A stretch of DNA of 50,948 nt, taken from contig JBNGIO010006382.1 of NCBI GenBank assembly GCA_049999805.1, positions 282,234 through 333,181 on the forward strand. Direction: 5' to 3'. This document shows, piece by piece, positions 47,601 through 50,948 of the stretch. The position numbers were made by a program, and so were the translations under genes. Below the pieces are notes generated by a model. That model did not search any database. It was given only the letters and a program-made list of their open reading frames with translations, and was not told where the DNA came from. The first letter of the stretch is position 1; every line of letters begins with the position of its first letter. The stretch is from Folioceros fuciformis (taxonomy: Eukaryota).

Positions 47601-49243
47601 CCTCGACCTCCTCTCACGAAGGGACGGCCACGGCCCCTGCCTCTGAAAGGTTCGTTTGTGTACAAGGCCTTATCTGAATTTACACTTACAGTTGCAATGC
47701 GTTTGCGAGATTCTTCCATAAACATTGCAGCAATCACTCTGTTGACTATAAGGGTTTGAACCTCTTGCGGGCTCTGGACAACTCCAGTCCATGTTTCAGG
47801 TAGTGTGGCCAGGAGTATGACTGCCACCAAATCTTCTTCTAGGGCAAAGCCAGCAGAAATGAGCTTGCCCTTCCAGTTTCGAAACTCCAGGACGTGCTTG
47901 TCTACAGAGTCCGCTTCTGTCATCTTCAGGCCAACAAACTGTTTCAACACGTAGGTTTGTAACATCAAATCCCTCGAGTCGTAAACTTCCTTCGTTTGTT
48001 GCCAATACTCAGCAGCCGTGGTGGCGCCTTGAAAGACTCCAATGTGTGTGCTTTTCACACTCAGCTGTAGCAAGGTGCGTGCAGTTTGATCAGCCTCCTC
48101 CCAGATTGCAAGGTTGGCTGGGTTTGCTGGTTTCGGAATTATGGCTGAAGGTGTCCCCAGATCTCCTACATATCCCCACAAGCGTCGGGACTTCAGGATT
48201 TCCACCATCCTGTCTCTCCAGATGTGGTAATTTGAGCCATGGAATTTATCCTCCTTGGCGATTGTGAGAGCCAAGTTTTAAAAGGCTGATGGTTCATTCC
48301 CAGCCATCTCAAGCAGATATTTAAAGAATCAAGGGTTCGTAGGTCGCCTTGCAGGACAGGGTGCCGTCTTCGTCATTAGCAATACACAAGGTAACCTTCA
48401 ATCTTTCTTGCTTGTTCAAATCCTTCTCAATCTGTAAATATTGTACAAACCGAGAGGTGTATTCATGGATTAACAATGATGATGGTTGTTGATGCATAGG
48501 TTCTCTGCCATAAAGCTCACAGAGATAGCAATAGAATGTTGTGTACAGCTCAGTCGTGGAAATGGGAAGTTGCACAAAAAAAGAGAAGATGCGTGGGAGT
48601 ATCATCTTCCTCAGAGCAGGTCGTCAACTTTGAAGCTGCTCCAGTTGTACCCGTCCAGGGCTTCATATCCTTGGACCACGTTCTGCACCATCAACCACAA
48701 CATGATGCTGATTGTAATCCACACTTGCTCCCAACAGGTTGGGGCAAGTGAGCGATTGTAGTTGTCCTCCCTGGCGTCGATCCAGTCTTGTAAGTCCTGC
48801 CTCCTTCTCGCTCTCCTTGCTAGCCTCTCACGTTTCTTGAGACCAGGCATTTCTGATGTTGCTAATCCTCCTTGCTTGCATTCTTGCAGGTGTAACACCT
48901 GAAGGCATCTGCGCACAAGGTGGATACAGCATTTCAGAAGCATCCGTCCAAGATCCAAGAATACTAGGGCTAGTCATGATGCGAAAAAGAAACATTCAGC
49001 AGATCGACGTGCCAGAGTAGCACACGGCGTGGATCAGAACTAAAGGCTCTGATACCATGATAAGCAGAATGCTAGAATCGATAGAGAAAGCATCGGTCGC
49101 GCGTAGTGCGCCGTGCGTCTTGCAACTGACACTTACACGTACATGTCCCGTGAAAGAGACATGACGGTTATAACGATTAGGGTTAGCTAACCTAGGCTTG
49201 ATCCTAACTAAGGGTAATTAATACCCTATTAATCTATCCAACA
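44650..49243 (-). mobile_element. Ty1/copia element C (different family); 5' LTR and PBS present, RT largely deleted, 3' LTR not seen
   Basis: LTR 49243-49058 (TGTTGGA...TATCA) followed by PBS TGGTATCAGAGCC; gag-pol from 48274 (KFHGSNYHIW, WYIDSVAS, WHLCLGH, CEAC, WAEAV, CKWVFK, SSTEAEF, RTKHIKIQH, DILTKAL). The left boundary is approximate. Confidence 0.9.
49058..49243 (-). repeat. 5' LTR of copia element C
   Basis: TG...CA termini on the minus strand, immediately followed by the iMet PBS (49057-49045). Confidence 0.75.
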
Positions 49244-49566
49244 CATGTATTCCTTTACATGGTGTTCCCTTCATGGTTTATCTCCCTCTCTAGGGATAGA
49301 GGAGTTTTTCTATCTGGTTCTTCTAAAATAAATGAGTTCCTTGTCATAAAAAATCCAAATGTTATGGGCTCAAGAGGTGCAAAAACCCTAGTCATCTAGA
49401 GTCTAAGGGTGCAAAAAAAACCCATGAGTCTAGAATGCGACCATCTATCGGGCTTCAATACCTAGTCCCTGGATTTAAAAGGGCCCTTGATCACTAGCAA
49501 ATGCGGTAAATGAATGTTTGTGCATATACACTATTGCTGAAGGTTTTCTATGAGGAAGGCACCCGA

Positions 49567-49741
49567 AGGAAAACACACCTAGAGGAAAACACACCTAGAG
49601 GAAAACACACCTAGAGGAAAACACACCTAGAAGAAAACACACCTAGAGGAAAACACACCTAGAGGAAAACATCCCATCCAACTGTCTAGTGGATGCAACA
49701 CACCTAAAGGAAAACATCCCATCCAACTATCTAGTGGATGC
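49567..49741. repeat. Compound tandem repeat: 6 x 16-bp AGGAAAACACACCTAG overlapping 2 x 45-bp units
   Basis: 16-mers from 49567 to 49662; 45-mers at 49652-49696 and 49697-49741. Confidence 0.92.
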
Positions 49742-50304
49742 CACCTTCTGCTACAATGAGATCCCCCCTCTTAGGAATGGCGATAATCTACATTACCTTG
49801 TAAGCAGATAACGGTTTGGTGTTGCATTTCTGAATATTGATAATAATTTTTATTTATCTGTGAATTTCAACATTCAAAGCAACATCTAGTTAAGTTTTGT
49901 CGCTTGTTCTATCTCCAAGCCTTGTGAGATGTGCTAATATGTGTTAGATTGTGACAAAACTTCCAGCCTTCCTACCCTTGTCCTTTATAATTTCTTTTCT
50001 CTGGGAATATGCATGTTTTCTCTCTAGTTGGTCACGTCTTCTTTTGTGTCTAATCTATATTGCATGACGTTTATTCTTAGTAAATATATATGATAAGATT
50101 ATTATTATGATTGATTGAATATATTCTTTATTTCTTATATTTAATAAGATATGATTTATAAATCTAAGAGTCTTTGCACATGCTACTTAACAATAGAATT
50201 CAGCTACATAAATTTTCATTGATATTTCAGTCCATCTGAACCTAGCAAAACACATGTATGTAGGTGGAAGGAAACATATTTAAATGGATGTGTGCAAGTA
50301 CTTG

Positions 50305-50948
50305 TATTATTTATTTATTTTATTTATCATTAGGCGTATGCAGCCGTGAGGCTATGAGGCCGGAACGTGAATCAAAAACATGATTGAATGGACACTTTGG
50401 GAAAGCGCAAAAGAAAGAGGATTAGAGCAAACAAAATAGCAAAACTAGATAGCTATGTCAGTAAGCCTAAGTTAAGTAATCGCCAATCGCCTTGAAGTAA
50501 GAGAGAAGTTTTTTCCCTGAGTTTGGGAACACTAAGAAGTTGGCGGATATCGTAGTAAGAGCCTTGAAACATCTGGATCCAAGTGTTGCGAGTGGCCATA
50601 CACTGGCGAAAGATGTGGTGACGAGTTTCTTCTGAAGACCTGCATTTCCGACAAAATGAATCCTCTTCAATGTTGAATCTCCTAAAGTAAGCCTCAATAG
50701 CCATATCCCCAGTCCGAAGCTGGGTGAGAAATGATGAGAGCTTACGGTCATGGAGACCAAGGCGTTGTAGCACCGAGGCCGAAGGGCCACCAAGCACCAC
50801 CCTCTTAAGCGTAGAAGCCTTAGTTGAGGAAACCCACCGTAAACGCCACTCCTGTAGACTTGCAGCATGAATTTGTTGGCGAGCTCTGGACACTGATAGG
50901 ATTCGGTCTTCGCGGGAAATGGGAAGAAGAGTGGCAGCCTTGGCGGTT
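50305..50948 (-). mobile_element. 3' end of a non-LTR retrotransposon (LINE): ORF2 C-terminus with CCHC finger, 3' UTR and (TAAA)n tail
   Basis: TAKAA (likely end of RNase H)...LTQLRTGD...CRKCRSSEETRHHIFRQC...* at 50453; tail read as ATAAATAAAATAAATAAATAATA on the minus strand at 50327-50305. Confidence 0.85.

Overview
Eukaryotic (land-plant) genomic window in two halves. Bases 1-29,700 are gene-dense and GC-rich, with short spliceosomal introns. They hold the 3' end of a DUF3245-like gene, a small NCBP2-AS2-like gene, an IDM2/IDM3-like alpha-crystallin-domain gene, a WAK/LRK10L-type receptor kinase lacking its catalytic Asp, a universal stress protein, importin-9, a stand-alone BtaB (betaine-lipid N-methyltransferase) gene, a two-LysM gene with duplicated last exons, pyruvate decarboxylase and NF-YB. 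Compact genes plus a betaine-lipid gene point to a non-seed plant, most likely a hornwort or other bryophyte (inference). Bases 29,950-50,948 are an AT-richer pile of decayed transposons: a pogo/Tigger-type DNA transposon, three Ty1/copia elements (B nested in A, with a further insertion hidden at the N-gap in B), short tandem repeats and the 3' end of a Tad1/I-group-like LINE. The most interesting observations are a conserved extra ORF with a C-x9-H-x7-C-x2-C motif upstream of gag in two diverged copia elements, an antisense AT-hook-like ORF in one of them, the split (BtaB-only) betaine-lipid gene, the predicted pseudokinase receptor, and several non-canonical splicing features (AT-AC and GT-AG U12 introns, GC-AG introns, a 6-nt micro-exon, duplicated terminal exons). 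Gene models were spliced by eye, and family assignments come from motif recognition, not database searches.
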